Shown here one piece after another: positions 28,660-38,892 of a DNA stretch of 64,000 bases. The translations under genes were made by a program, and so were the position numbers. Source of the DNA: an uncultured Gemmatimonadales bacterium (GTDB lineage: Bacteria; Gemmatimonadota; Gemmatimonadetes; Gemmatimonadales; GWC2-71-9); the NCBI GenBank assembly GCA_963795085.1, contig CAWCFX010000002.1, positions 32,001 through 96,000 of the forward strand, written 5' to 3'. The notes under the pieces are model-generated. The model worked only from the letters and a program-made list of their open reading frames with translations. It had not been told where the DNA came from and searched no databases. The stretch's first letter is position 1; each line of letters begins with the position of its first letter.

Positions 28660-29712
28660 GTGACGATAAACCTGCACGACTCCACCCAGGCCCGGATCCT
28701 GATCGTCGATGACGAACAGGGGAATGTGGACGTGCTCTCGCGGATGCTCAAGGCGGCGGGGTACCAGACGGTCGTCGGCACCACGGACTCCACCCGCACC
28801 GTCCCGCTCCTCCACGAGTTCAAGCCGGACCTGATTCTCCTCGACCTCACCATGCCGGAGATGGACGGGTTTGCCGTGCTGGACCAGCTGGCGCCGCTCA
28901 TCCCGAGGGACATGTATCTCCCCATTCTCATCCTGACGGGTGACATCCGCTTCGAGGCTCGCCAGCGGGCCCTTTCGGATGGAGCCAAGGACTTCCTGCT
29001 CAAGCCCTTCGACATGACGGAGGTGCTGCTCCGGATCAAGAACCTGCTGGAGACCCGGTTTCTCTACCTGCTGCTCCAGGAGCAGAACCAGACGCTCGAA
29101 TCCCGGGTGGCGGCGCGCACCCGCGAGCTGGAGGAGGCCCGGGTCGAAGTGCTCCAGCGGCTCTCCGACGCCGCCGAGTACCGGGACGACGACACCGGGC
29201 AGCACACCAAGCGCGTCGCGGCCATTGCCGTCGCCATCGGGCGGAAGATCGGACTCCCCGGCGACACCCTGGACCTGCTTCGCTGGTCCTCGCCGCTGCA
29301 CGACGTGGGGAAGATCGGCATTCCCGACGGAGTCCTGCTCAAGCCCGGCCGGCTGACGGACGGGGAGATGGAAGTCATGAAATCCCACACCACCATCGGG
29401 GCCCGGATCCTCATGGGCGGGCGCTCTCCCCTGGTGCAGATGGCCGAATCGATCGCCCTCAACCACCATGAGCGCTGGGACGGAACCGGGTATCCCCGGC
29501 AACTGGCCGGGGAGGCGATCCCGCTCGAGGCCCGGCTGGTGGCGGTCGCCGATGTCTTTGATGCGCTGACCCACGCCCGGCCCTACCGGGCGGCCTGGAC
29601 GGTCGAGGCGACCCGGGCCGAAATCCTGGCGGGAGCCGGGAAGCATTTTGACCCGGAGATCGCCAACATTTTCCTCAACCTACCCATGAGCGGGAGGGCC
29701 TTGGCGTCCTGA
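28660..29712 (+). CDS. Response regulator with HD-GYP phosphodiesterase domain (RpfG-like, canonical RxxR)
   Basis: ILIVDD, LLDLTMP, KPF; HDVGK, HHERWDGTGYP, RPYR. Confidence 0.93.
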   Translation: MTINLHDSTQARILIVDDEQGNVDVLSRMLKAAGYQTVVGTTDSTRTVPLLHEFKPDLILLDLTMPEMDGFAVLDQLAPLIPRDMYLPILILTGDIRFEARQRALSDGAKDFLLKPFDMTEVLLRIKNLLETRFLYLLLQEQNQTLESRVAARTRELEEARVEVLQRLSDAAEYRDDDTGQHTKRVAAIAVAIGRKIGLPGDTLDLLRWSSPLHDVGKIGIPDGVLLKPGRLTDGEMEVMKSHTTIGARILMGGRSPLVQMAESIALNHHERWDGTGYPRQLAGEAIPLEARLVAVADVFDALTHARPYRAAWTVEATRAEILAGAGKHFDPEIANIFLNLPMSGRALAS

Positions 29713-29985
29713 GTGCGCCAGGTTGGCCACAGTGTAGCGTCCGGCCAACATAGAGTGCAACACCTTTCCTGGCCCGCTCTACCATGTTGTTACATCGCAA
29801 GGGGTTCCTCGCTATTCGACGGAGTCGCCCGCGGCCTGGTCCATGCGATAGCCTTGAACGGTATTCCAGAAAACAGGGCTGTATCTCATGCTCGGCCCCG
29901 CTTGTGGCGTCCAGTCCGCAGCGCTGGATGGCGGGCATAGGTCGTGCTCCCTTACCCTGTCTACTTCATATCCCGGATTGAACCT

Positions 29986-32181
29986 GTGACTCGCGAATCG
30001 CTTCGCCGCCGCTGGCTGGTATCCCTCCTTCTCGTGGCGGCCGCCGGGTGTGGCGGGGATGGACCGTCCGAACCCGGCAACCCGGATCTGCAGATATCCG
30101 TTGCTGGTGGTAACAACCAGGCGGGAACCGTGGGCGCCGGTCTGCCCCAGCCGGTTCAGGTCCTGGTGACCGACGTCCTCAACCGGCCGGCGGCCAACCG
30201 GGTGGTGAACTTCTCGGTGCTTACTGGCGGAGGCAGTACCACGAATACCACCACGACCGACGCGAGCGGCCATGCCACCGCAACCTGGCAGCTGGGGACC
30301 GTCGCCCTGTCCAGCCAGACGCTGGAGGCCCGGGTGCTGACACCGGCGGGCACCCGGAAATCAGTCGCATTCACGGCCATCGCGGTGGCCGGGGCGCCTG
30401 ACACCATCACCGCCGTTGCCGGGACCTCCCTGAGCGCGGCCGCGGGAACTCCGGTACGCACCCTTCCTTCCGTCCGGCTGGCTGACGAATACGGGAACCT
30501 GGTGGCGGGCCACACGGTGAACTTCGTCGTGACCCAGGGCGGCGGTACGGTCCAGACCGGGGCCCCGGTGAGCAACGCCATGGGCGTCGCGACGGTGGGC
30601 GGCTGGACGCTGGGAGCCGCGCAGGGTCCCAATGCGCTGACCGCGACCGCGCAAGGCACGGCGACCGGGGTGGTGTTCCAGGCTACTGGCACGTCGCCGG
30701 TGGCGAGCCAGGTGGCGGTCCTGACCGAGCCGACCGGAGCCCTGGTCAGCGGGACAACCCTTGGGCAGCAGCCAGCCGTCCAGGTTGCCAACGCGAGCGG
30801 CGACCCGATCCTGGAGCCCAACATTTCGGTCACAGCCTCGGTGGCCGATGGCGCCGGCGGCGCGACCCTCACCGGCACAGTGACGGCCACGACGGACGCC
30901 AACGGCACGGCGACCTTCACCAACCTTGGTCTGGCCGGGACGGTGGGCAGCTACACGCTGGACTTTACCGCGGCCGGCCTGGCGCCGGACACGTCGGGAG
31001 CCATTGCCCTCTCGGCGGGACCGGCCACCACGATGATCGACAATGTCGGCACCCACCAGTCCGTCAATGCCGGCAGCAGTGTTCCCACGGCGCCCTCGGT
31101 CCAGATTACCGACGATTGGGGCAACGGCATCGGTGGCATCGGGGTGAGTTTCTCGGTGACCGCCGGCAATGGCCTGGTCACCGGCGGGGCCGCCACCACC
31201 GGTCCCAACGGGGTCGCCACGGTCGGATCCTGGCAATTGGGCTCCACCTCCGGGCCCAACGCGCTCACAGCGACGGCGCAGCACCCGGGACTGGCCGGCA
31301 ATCCTGTCGTCATCAACGCCACAGCCCTGGGGAACTTCTGGTCGCCGCGCGCGGCGATGCCGGTACCGCGCCGGTTCACCGCCTGGGCAGCCAACCTGGG
31401 CCTGCTGTACGCCGTGGGGGGTCGCGACGGGGCGCTCAACGTCCGCGACACCGTCGAAGTCTATAACCCGGTGGCGAACGCCTGGAGCGGCCGCCGTGCG
31501 ATGACCACGGAACGGGTGGGCGCCTCGGCCGGGTTCATCCAGGGCAAGCTTTACGTGGCCGGTGGCAACCCGCAGGGCGGAGTGCCCATCACCACGACGG
31601 AGGTCTACAGTCCCAATAACACCTGGGCCTTCGTCGCCGCGCTCCCCACCGAGCGGAACTTCTCGGCGTTCACGGTGATCAACGACAAGCTCTACCTGGC
31701 TGGCGGGGGGAACAGTGCCGGGCAGATCAAGACCACGGTGGTGTATGACCCCCTGGCCAACCAGTGGACCGCCCTGGCCGACTTGCCTGACGTGCGGAAT
31801 GACGCAGTGGCGGTGGCGCACAACGGCCTGATGTACGTGATCGGGGGCCAGGTGCTGAACACGGTTGACGGTGCCCTTCTGGTGTACGATCCCCAGGCCA
31901 ATAGCTGGACGCCGCTGGCTCCCATGCCGACCCCCCGCTACCACGCCAACGCGGAAGTCCTGAATGGCAAGATCTACGTGATCAGCGGTCTTCTCCAGGG
32001 CGCGGTGGCCTCGACGGTCGTCGAGGTCTATGACATCGAGGCCAATACCTGGTCCACGGCCGCGCCGATTACCACGGCGCGCTCGGCCGCCGCGATCGCG
32101 GTCATCGATGGGGTGATCTATGTCGCGGGGGGGAGCGCCAACAACACGGTGACGGGGGTGGTAGAGGCCTACGTGCCCTGA
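29986..32181 (+). CDS. Lipoprotein with tandem Ig-like modules and a C-terminal Kelch beta-propeller
   Basis: VAAAGC lipobox; repeated GVATVG.W.LG modules; six Kelch repeats (LYAVGG..YNP..W). Confidence 0.85.
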   Translation: MTRESLRRRWLVSLLLVAAAGCGGDGPSEPGNPDLQISVAGGNNQAGTVGAGLPQPVQVLVTDVLNRPAANRVVNFSVLTGGGSTTNTTTTDASGHATATWQLGTVALSSQTLEARVLTPAGTRKSVAFTAIAVAGAPDTITAVAGTSLSAAAGTPVRTLPSVRLADEYGNLVAGHTVNFVVTQGGGTVQTGAPVSNAMGVATVGGWTLGAAQGPNALTATAQGTATGVVFQATGTSPVASQVAVLTEPTGALVSGTTLGQQPAVQVANASGDPILEPNISVTASVADGAGGATLTGTVTATTDANGTATFTNLGLAGTVGSYTLDFTAAGLAPDTSGAIALSAGPATTMIDNVGTHQSVNAGSSVPTAPSVQITDDWGNGIGGIGVSFSVTAGNGLVTGGAATTGPNGVATVGSWQLGSTSGPNALTATAQHPGLAGNPVVINATALGNFWSPRAAMPVPRRFTAWAANLGLLYAVGGRDGALNVRDTVEVYNPVANAWSGRRAMTTERVGASAGFIQGKLYVAGGNPQGGVPITTTEVYSPNNTWAFVAALPTERNFSAFTVINDKLYLAGGGNSAGQIKTTVVYDPLANQWTALADLPDVRNDAVAVAHNGLMYVIGGQVLNTVDGALLVYDPQANSWTPLAPMPTPRYHANAEVLNGKIYVISGLLQGAVASTVVEVYDIEANTWSTAAPITTARSAAAIAVIDGVIYVAGGSANNTVTGVVEAYVP

Positions 32182-32207
32182 CCGGCCATCAGCGATTGGG
32201 CCGGGCG

Positions 32208-33272
32208 CTAATCGCTGAGGGCCAGCCGTTGATTGTCTACCTCCACCCTCAGTTGTCCGCACGCCGCATTGATGTCCAGGCCCCGGCTCCGGCGGACGAC
32301 CGCTTCGATCCCCTGGTTCCTGAGCCGGTCGGCAAAAGCGCGAATCCGGTTCCCCGACGTCGGGGTGAGGTCGGGGGCGCCGCCGGGGTGAAGGGGCAGC
32401 AGGTTGACGAGGGCGCCCAGCGGCTGGGCCAGTTTCACCAGCAGGTCGGCGTCCCGATCCGAGTCGTTTTTCCCCGCGATCAGCACATACTCGAAGGTCA
32501 CCCGCTTGCGGAAGGCCCGGGCGGCCTCCAGCACCTGGTCGAGGCCGTACTTTTTCTCGATCGGCATGATGGCAAGGCGGCGGTCCGCCGCCGGCGCATG
32601 CAGGGATAGGGCCAGACGGAATTGTTCCGGCCGGAGCGCCAGCTCCTGCATCCCGGGGATGATGCCGACCGTGCTCACCGTAATGTGGCGTGCCCCGATG
32701 CCGAGACCGTCCGGATCATTGAGCAGGGTGAGGGCGGTGTCCACGCCGGGCCAGTTGAGCAGCGGTTCACCCATTCCCATGAATACGACGTTGGTCGGCC
32801 GCTCCGCCGGCAACCGGAGCGCCACCTCCCGGACCTGCCCGGCGATTTCGAACGGCGTGAGATTGCGGCGGAACCCCATGCGCCCGGTCGCGCAGAAGAC
32901 GCAGCCCAGCGCGCACCCCGACTGCGAGGAGATGCACAGGGTCCGGCGCCCGCCACTGGGGATCAATACCGATTCGATGGCCTCGCCGTCGGCTAGCCGC
33001 CAGAGAAACTTCCGGGTGCCGTCGCTGGAGTCCTGCTGAACCTGGAGTTCGAGACGGGGCAGGGGATAATCCCGCTCCAATGCCTCCCGGACCACGGCCG
33101 GAAGGTCGCTGACATCGGTCCAGGAGGGTGTCGGCCGGGTCCAGAGCCGGGGTAGCATCTGACGGACCCGGAAGGCCGGGAGGCCCTGGCCGGCGGCCCA
33201 GGCCTCGAGCCGGGCCCGGGCGGCCCGGGGGGCCAGGTCGAGAATCGTCTCCGGTATGGACGGCTTCTTCAT
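32208..33272 (-). CDS. rlmN: 23S rRNA (adenine(2503)-C2)-methyltransferase
   Basis: CALGCVFC, FMGMGEP, SLHA, EYVL, AACGQL. Confidence 0.96.
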   Translation of the reverse strand: MKKPSIPETILDLAPRAARARLEAWAAGQGLPAFRVRQMLPRLWTRPTPSWTDVSDLPAVVREALERDYPLPRLELQVQQDSSDGTRKFLWRLADGEAIESVLIPSGGRRTLCISSQSGCALGCVFCATGRMGFRRNLTPFEIAGQVREVALRLPAERPTNVVFMGMGEPLLNWPGVDTALTLLNDPDGLGIGARHITVSTVGIIPGMQELALRPEQFRLALSLHAPAADRRLAIMPIEKKYGLDQVLEAARAFRKRVTFEYVLIAGKNDSDRDADLLVKLAQPLGALVNLLPLHPGGAPDLTPTSGNRIRAFADRLRNQGIEAVVRRSRGLDINAACGQLRVEVDNQRLALSD

Positions 33273-33439
33273 GCGTCAATTATAAGCGCTCGGCGCAACC
33301 TTCCGGCCCATCCCGCCCCTTTACCCCCTTCCCACTGGTCCCGTGCCGCCTTGCCCCCTCACCCTCGTGCCCCCTTTCGTATCCTGCCGCACCGCCTCCC
33401 AGCGGTTTACTTTCCTTCGGATATGCCCGCCCTGACGCC

Positions 33440-33898
33440 GTGCTGCTCACCGACCTGATCACTCCCGCCCGCATCCGCCTGCCGGTTGAGGCGCACGATA
33501 AGACCGGGGCGATTCGTGAATTGGCGACGCTGCTGGTCGAGCAGTGTGGCGGCGTCCTGGAGGACGTGCTGCTGGCCATCGAGGAACGGGAACGGGTCCT
33601 GAGCACCGGGATCGGCTTCGGGGTCGCGGTGCCGCACGGAAAATCGCCCACCCTCAATGGCCTGGGACTGGTCTGTGGTGTGAGTGCCCGTCCGATTGCC
33701 TTTGATTCCGTTGACGGGGAGCCGGTGCGCCTGTTCTTCATGCTGGCGGGACCCGAATCCACCGCCGGGCCGCACGTCAGGGCGCTGAGCCGGATCGCGC
33801 GGCTGGTGCGGCGGGAGTCGGTGCGCACCCGTCTCCTGGGCGTGGACACCCCCATCGAGTTTCACCGCGTCATCCGCGAGGCCGAAGCGTGGCAATGA
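33440..33898 (+). CDS. PTS EIIA (Ntr/fructose-type) domain protein
   Basis: RERVLSTGIGFGVAVPHGK, FDSVDGEPV. Confidence 0.9.
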   Translation: MLLTDLITPARIRLPVEAHDKTGAIRELATLLVEQCGGVLEDVLLAIEERERVLSTGIGFGVAVPHGKSPTLNGLGLVCGVSARPIAFDSVDGEPVRLFFMLAGPESTAGPHVRALSRIARLVRRESVRTRLLGVDTPIEFHRVIREAEAWQ

Positions 33899-33911
33899 AG
33901 ATCCCATCCCC

Positions 33912-35684
33912 ATGACCCAGACCTCATTGCGTACCCATCGCCCCGGCGACCTGCGCCGCGAACATGCCGGGACCGCCGTCCGCCTCGGCGGGTGGATTCA
34001 CCGGGCCCGGGACCTGGGCGGCCTCCTCTTCATCGACCTTCGGGACCGTACCGGCATTGTCCAGCTCTCGTTCAACCCGGCCTGGACGCCACCTGATGTG
34101 ATTGCCGCGGCCGCGGCCGCTGGCACCGAGTCGGTGCTGCTGGTGGACGGAATCGTGGAACTCCGACCTGACCTGGCCCGGGAGTCTCAGCTCGCCACCC
34201 GGGACGTCGAGATCCATGTCACCGGCTGCCGGGTGGTGGGGCCCGCGGTGACCCCGGCGATCCCGGTGGGGCGGAAAGAGGGCGAGGAGTTGCCGGCCGA
34301 AGAACTCCGGCTCAAACACCGGGTGCTGGATTTGCGGCGGCCCGAGCTGCAGCAGAACCTGGTGCTGCGGCACCGGCTGCTGCAGCGGGCCCGCCGCACC
34401 CTCACCGATCTTGATTTCCTGGAAATCGAAACGCCGATCCTCACCAAGCCAACACCCGAAGGGGCCCGTGACTACCTGGTGCCCAGCCGGGTCCATCCCG
34501 GTGAGTTCTATGCGCTGCCGCAATCGCCGCAGATCTACAAGCAGTTGCTCATGGTGGCCGGGTATGACCGCTACTTCCAGCTGGCCCGCTGTTTCCGCGA
34601 CGAGGACTTGCGGGCCGACCGCCAGCCCGAGTTTACCCAGATCGACCTGGAAGCGTCCTTCGTGACAGCCGAAGATGTCCAGGCGGTGGTCGAGCGGGTG
34701 CTGGTTGACCTGTGGGAGGAGGCGGGCCAGTCGGTGCCGCGGCCGTTCCGACGGCTCAGCTGGCGGGAGGCGGTCGAGCGATTTGGTATCGATAAGCCTG
34801 ACCTTCGCTTCGGGCTGGAGCTGCAGGACCTTACCGCCCAGGTCGGCGGCGACGCCGCATCCTTTGTCAGCGAGGCCACGGCCCGGGGCGGCCGGCTTCG
34901 TGGCCTGGTGGCGGGCGGCGGCTCGGCGCTGGCCCGGAAGGATCTCGACGCCCTGACCCAGCTGGCCAAGGCGGCCGGTGCGGGCGGCCTCATGTGGGCC
35001 CGCCGCACCGCCGCGGGCTGGGAAGGGCAGGGGATCAAGGCGCTGGGCGCCACTCTCCTGGAGCAGGTCAGCGCCCGGGAAGGCGATCTCCTCCTCGCCC
35101 TTACCGGCCCGGACCCGGTGACCTCGGCGGGGCTGCATGCCGTCCGCACCGAGGTGATCCGCCGGCTTCAGCTCAAGCCGCTCGTGGCGCATGCCTTTGC
35201 CTGGATCGTGGACTTCCCCCTGTTCGAGCTGGATGAAGGCAGCGGGCAGTACCTCCCGGCCCATCATCCGTTTACCGCACCACACCCGGAGGACGCTGCG
35301 CGGCTGGAGAGTGATCCGGCGCACTGCCGGGCTCAGCACTATGACGCGGTATATAATGGAAACGAGTTGGGGAGCGGATCCATCCGGATCACCGACACCG
35401 GGGTCCAGCGGACCATCTTCCGGCTGCTGGGCATTCCGGACGATGAGATTCGCCGCCGGTTCGGATTCCTGCTGGATGGGCTGGCCGCCGGCGCCCCTCC
35501 GCACGGGGGCTTCGCCCTGGGATTTGATCGGATCGCGATGCTGCTGGCGGGTGCCACGTCGCTGCGGGACGTGATTGCGTTTCCCAAGACCACGGCGGCA
35601 CGGGCTCTGTTCGAAGGCGCCCCTACCCGGGTGGACCCGCGCGATATCGCGGCCCTGCACCTGAGGGTCGAGGGTGACGCGTGA
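33912..35684 (+). CDS. aspS: Aspartate-tRNA ligase
   Basis: RDLGGLLFIDLRD, TPEGARDY, ALPQSPQ, CFRDEDLRADRQPEF, GAPPHGG, VIAFPK. Confidence 0.97.
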   Translation: MTQTSLRTHRPGDLRREHAGTAVRLGGWIHRARDLGGLLFIDLRDRTGIVQLSFNPAWTPPDVIAAAAAAGTESVLLVDGIVELRPDLARESQLATRDVEIHVTGCRVVGPAVTPAIPVGRKEGEELPAEELRLKHRVLDLRRPELQQNLVLRHRLLQRARRTLTDLDFLEIETPILTKPTPEGARDYLVPSRVHPGEFYALPQSPQIYKQLLMVAGYDRYFQLARCFRDEDLRADRQPEFTQIDLEASFVTAEDVQAVVERVLVDLWEEAGQSVPRPFRRLSWREAVERFGIDKPDLRFGLELQDLTAQVGGDAASFVSEATARGGRLRGLVAGGGSALARKDLDALTQLAKAAGAGGLMWARRTAAGWEGQGIKALGATLLEQVSAREGDLLLALTGPDPVTSAGLHAVRTEVIRRLQLKPLVAHAFAWIVDFPLFELDEGSGQYLPAHHPFTAPHPEDAARLESDPAHCRAQHYDAVYNGNELGSGSIRITDTGVQRTIFRLLGIPDDEIRRRFGFLLDGLAAGAPPHGGFALGFDRIAMLLAGATSLRDVIAFPKTTAARALFEGAPTRVDPRDIAALHLRVEGDA

Positions 35685-35738
35685 CGCGACAGGTGATGAG
35701 CGACGAGCGAGAAGTGACGCGTGAGAAAGCGACAGGTG
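35674..35738 (+). repeat. Degenerate 7-bp repeat (GTGACGC/GCGACGA/GTGAGAA) spanning and following the aspS stop
   Basis: Read directly; about 8 degenerate units. Confidence 0.6.
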
Positions 35739-35766
35739 GCAGGCGGGTTGGGTTCCTTCAAAAAGG

Positions 35767-36726
35767 ATGGACCAGTTGGGAGATGAAGTTCATCATCGGC
35801 TTTCCGCCGAGGGCGCCGATCCTCTGATCCTGGCGGGGGTCAATGACAGCAACCTGGTGGAACTGGAGCGGGCGCTCGGGGTCCGGGTCTCGTTGCGGGG
35901 CGACACGCTGACGCTGAACGGGACCGCGGAGCAGCTGGAGCGGGCCACGCCCGTGGTAATGGGCCTGATCGACCTGGCCCGCATGGGGGAGCCGGTGTCC
36001 GCCGAGGACGTCATCCGGTTTGCGGCCGAGGGCCAATCGGCCGAGGCGGTGGCGGGGGGCGAACAGAAGATCGTGCTCCCCGGCTTGCGGCGGGTGATCG
36101 CGCCCAAGACCGCGGGGCAGCGGGATTATCTGCAGGCGATTTCCACCCACGACATCGTGGTCGGGATCGGACCGGCCGGCACCGGCAAGACCTACCTGGC
36201 GGTGGCCAAGGCGGTCGAGGCCCTGGCCCGCAAGCGGGTCAAGCGGATCATCCTGGCCCGTCCCGCGGTCGAGGCCGGTGAGTCGCTGGGGTTCCTGCCC
36301 GGAGATCTCCAGGCGAAGGTCGATCCCTATCTCCGCCCGCTCTACGACGCGCTGGAAGACATGATGCCGCACGACCGGGTCCAGCGCGCGCTGGAGACCC
36401 GTACCATCGAGATCGCTCCGCTGGCCTACATGCGGGGCCGCACCCTCTCCGATGCGTTCATCATCCTGGACGAGGCGCAGAACGCCACCGGCGCCCAGAT
36501 GAAGATGTTTCTCACCCGGCTGGGGGTAAACTCCAAGACGGTGGTGACGGGCGACAAGACCCAGATCGACCTGCCCCGGCGGGAAGAGTCGGGACTGGTC
36601 CAGGTGGAGCGGATCCTGCCCGGCATCGAGGGAATCTCGTTCTGCTACCTGAGCGAGAATGACGTCATCCGGCACCGTCTGGTACGGGAGATCATCCGGG
36701 CGTACGCGGCGGATCAGAGCGGCTGA
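35767..36726 (+). CDS. phoH: PhoH family ATPase (YbeZ-like)
   Basis: GPAGTGKT, RPAVEAGE.LGFLPG, APLAYMRGRTL, DEAQN. Confidence 0.95.
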   Translation: MDQLGDEVHHRLSAEGADPLILAGVNDSNLVELERALGVRVSLRGDTLTLNGTAEQLERATPVVMGLIDLARMGEPVSAEDVIRFAAEGQSAEAVAGGEQKIVLPGLRRVIAPKTAGQRDYLQAISTHDIVVGIGPAGTGKTYLAVAKAVEALARKRVKRIILARPAVEAGESLGFLPGDLQAKVDPYLRPLYDALEDMMPHDRVQRALETRTIEIAPLAYMRGRTLSDAFIILDEAQNATGAQMKMFLTRLGVNSKTVVTGDKTQIDLPRREESGLVQVERILPGIEGISFCYLSENDVIRHRLVREIIRAYAADQSG

Positions 36727-38453
36727 TGTCCGCCTCGTGGTCGGAGATCAGGCAGGAATCACTGGCGGGCATGACCGGCCCCCGAAAGGCCTGGTTCCAC
36801 CTGGTCCGCTGGGGGGTGCTGCTGATCGTGGCGCTGGTGACCTACCTGGTGTTCCCGACCACCGGGTCTCTTGACGTGCCGGTGTACCCGATCGGCTCCA
36901 CCGCCGAGCGGGAGGTCGTCTCGCCCACCGACCTGGTCTACTGGGAAAAGGTAACCCAGTATCTGGAGCAGCCCGGCCGCAGAGGCGGGGCGGCGCACAA
37001 CCAGCAGATCGCGGTGGTGGATTCGCTGCGCCACGTGGTGCGGGCCGGCGACCGGGTGGTTTCGCTCGGAGAAACGGTGACCCGGGACCAGAGCCTGACA
37101 CTGTCCGCCCTCTCTCACGCCCTGGCGGACCAGGCCGGAGGCGCCGGGCTGCTCCGCTCGGTGCTGGGGCCGGTCCTGTTTAACTGCCTGGTGCTGGGGA
37201 CGTTCTGGCTGCTGCTGATGTTCTACCGCTGGGAATCCTACAGCAGTATCCGCGAGATGATGTTTTTCGGCATGGTCTTCTCCGTCGTCGTGGTGCTCTC
37301 CGCCATGATGAGCCGCCTGCTGCCGGACCGGCCCGAGCTGATCCCGGTTCCCTTCGCGGCCATTCTGATCACGCTCATCTACAACGGCCGGGTGGGCCTG
37401 TATGCCGCCACGACTTTGGCCATCCTGATCGGCAGCCAGTGGTCGCTCCGCGATTCCGAGGCGCTCTTTCTCGCCCTGGTGGCCGGTGTCGCGGCCGCCG
37501 TGGGCACCCGGGCTGCCCGCCGGCGCAAGGAGTTGTACCTCACCATCGGCGCCACGGTGGGGGCCTATGCCCTCGCCGCTCTGACCCTGGGCCTGCTCCA
37601 GGGGTGGCTTCCGGCCGAGATGGGGTGGTCCGCGATGCGGGGGGCCGTGACCGCGCTGGGCAGCGCTTCGGTCGCCATGCTGCTGTTGCCGGTGGCGGAG
37701 GCCGGCACCCTGGTGACGACGGACATCACCCTGCTGGAACTCTCCGATCCGGGCCGCCCGCTGCTCCGGCGGCTCGCCCTGGATGCGCCCGGCACCTACG
37801 CGCACAGCATCGCGATGGCGAACCTCTGCGAAGCCGCCTGCAACGCGATCGGCGCTAATGGACTGCTCGCGCGAGTCGGCTGCTATTACCACGACATCGG
37901 CAAATCCAGGCATCCCGAGTATTTCGTGGAGAACCAGAAGCCGGGGCGCAATCCGCACGACCAGCTCAAGCCCGCGGAGTCGGCGGCGATCGTCCGGAAC
38001 CACGTCCTCGACGGGATGGCGATGGCCCGGGACGCCGGGCTGCCGGAGTCCATCGTCGCCTTCATTCCCGAGCACCATGGGACCCAGTACATCGAGTACT
38101 TTCTCGACCGGGCCCGGAAGGACGGCGCGGTCAACCCCGAAGAGTTCCGCTACCCCGGACCCAAGCCCCGGTCCGCGGAGACCGCCATCGTCATGCTGGC
38201 GGATTCCACCGAGGCGGCTCTCCGGCTGCTGGGGGACCCGACCGCTGAGCGGGTTCGCAGCGCGGTGGACTTCCTGGTGCAGGAGAAGCTCGATGCCGGG
38301 CAACTCAAGGACTCGCCCCTCACGCTGAGCGAGCTCGACCGGGTCAAGGAAGAATTCGTCCGGGTCATGAGCAGCATGCGCCACGTCAGGATCGAATACC
38401 CCGAGCGGATCGGCGGAATTGCCGCCCGGTTTCCCCAGACCCGCAAGCCGTGA
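36726..38453 (+). CDS. 7TM-HDIG phosphohydrolase (PgpH-like)
   Basis: Multi-TM region; APGTYAHS, YHDIGK, YFVENQ, HHGT, YPGPKP, MLADS. Confidence 0.9.
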   Translation: MSASWSEIRQESLAGMTGPRKAWFHLVRWGVLLIVALVTYLVFPTTGSLDVPVYPIGSTAEREVVSPTDLVYWEKVTQYLEQPGRRGGAAHNQQIAVVDSLRHVVRAGDRVVSLGETVTRDQSLTLSALSHALADQAGGAGLLRSVLGPVLFNCLVLGTFWLLLMFYRWESYSSIREMMFFGMVFSVVVVLSAMMSRLLPDRPELIPVPFAAILITLIYNGRVGLYAATTLAILIGSQWSLRDSEALFLALVAGVAAAVGTRAARRRKELYLTIGATVGAYALAALTLGLLQGWLPAEMGWSAMRGAVTALGSASVAMLLLPVAEAGTLVTTDITLLELSDPGRPLLRRLALDAPGTYAHSIAMANLCEAACNAIGANGLLARVGCYYHDIGKSRHPEYFVENQKPGRNPHDQLKPAESAAIVRNHVLDGMAMARDAGLPESIVAFIPEHHGTQYIEYFLDRARKDGAVNPEEFRYPGPKPRSAETAIVMLADSTEAALRLLGDPTAERVRSAVDFLVQEKLDAGQLKDSPLTLSELDRVKEEFVRVMSSMRHVRIEYPERIGGIAARFPQTRKP

Positions 38454-38872
38454 CCGTCATCCGCGTCGGCGGGCGAGTCCTCGCGCTGCCGGTGCCGCTG
38501 GTGCGGAAGGCGGTCCGGGTGGTGCTCGAGTCGGAACAGCGGTCGGCGGTCATTTCGGTCACGTTTCTCGGCGCCCGCACCATGCGCCGGCTCAACCGGC
38601 AGCACAAGAAACATGACGTCCCGACCGATGTCCTGGCGTTCGCACTGGCCATGCCCGATGGCAGGCTCGCCGGCGACGTGTACGTCTGCCGGGCCGTCGC
38701 GGAGCGGCAGGCCCGGGACGCGGCAGTGAGCCTGCGGCAGGAACTGGTCCGCCTGGTCGTCCACGGCGTGCTGCATGTGCTGGGACACGAACACCCGGAC
38801 GGCCGGGGCCGGGAATCCTCCGCCATGTGGCGAAGGCAGGAACGCTATGTCCGCCGGGTCCTCGGCGGCTGA
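38450..38872 (+). CDS. ybeY: rRNA maturation RNase YbeY
   Basis: LNR...PTDVLAF, HGVLHVLGHEH. Confidence 0.93.
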   Translation: MTVIRVGGRVLALPVPLVRKAVRVVLESEQRSAVISVTFLGARTMRRLNRQHKKHDVPTDVLAFALAMPDGRLAGDVYVCRAVAERQARDAAVSLRQELVRLVVHGVLHVLGHEHPDGRGRESSAMWRRQERYVRRVLGG

Positions 38873-38892
38873 CTCGTGCGCCACGGAGCCTG

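Noticed and set aside
33300..33400. Pyrimidine-rich low-complexity tract before the PTS IIA gene
   Set aside because: Fits the polarity pattern but is too degenerate to define a repeat unit, so it is not called as a feature
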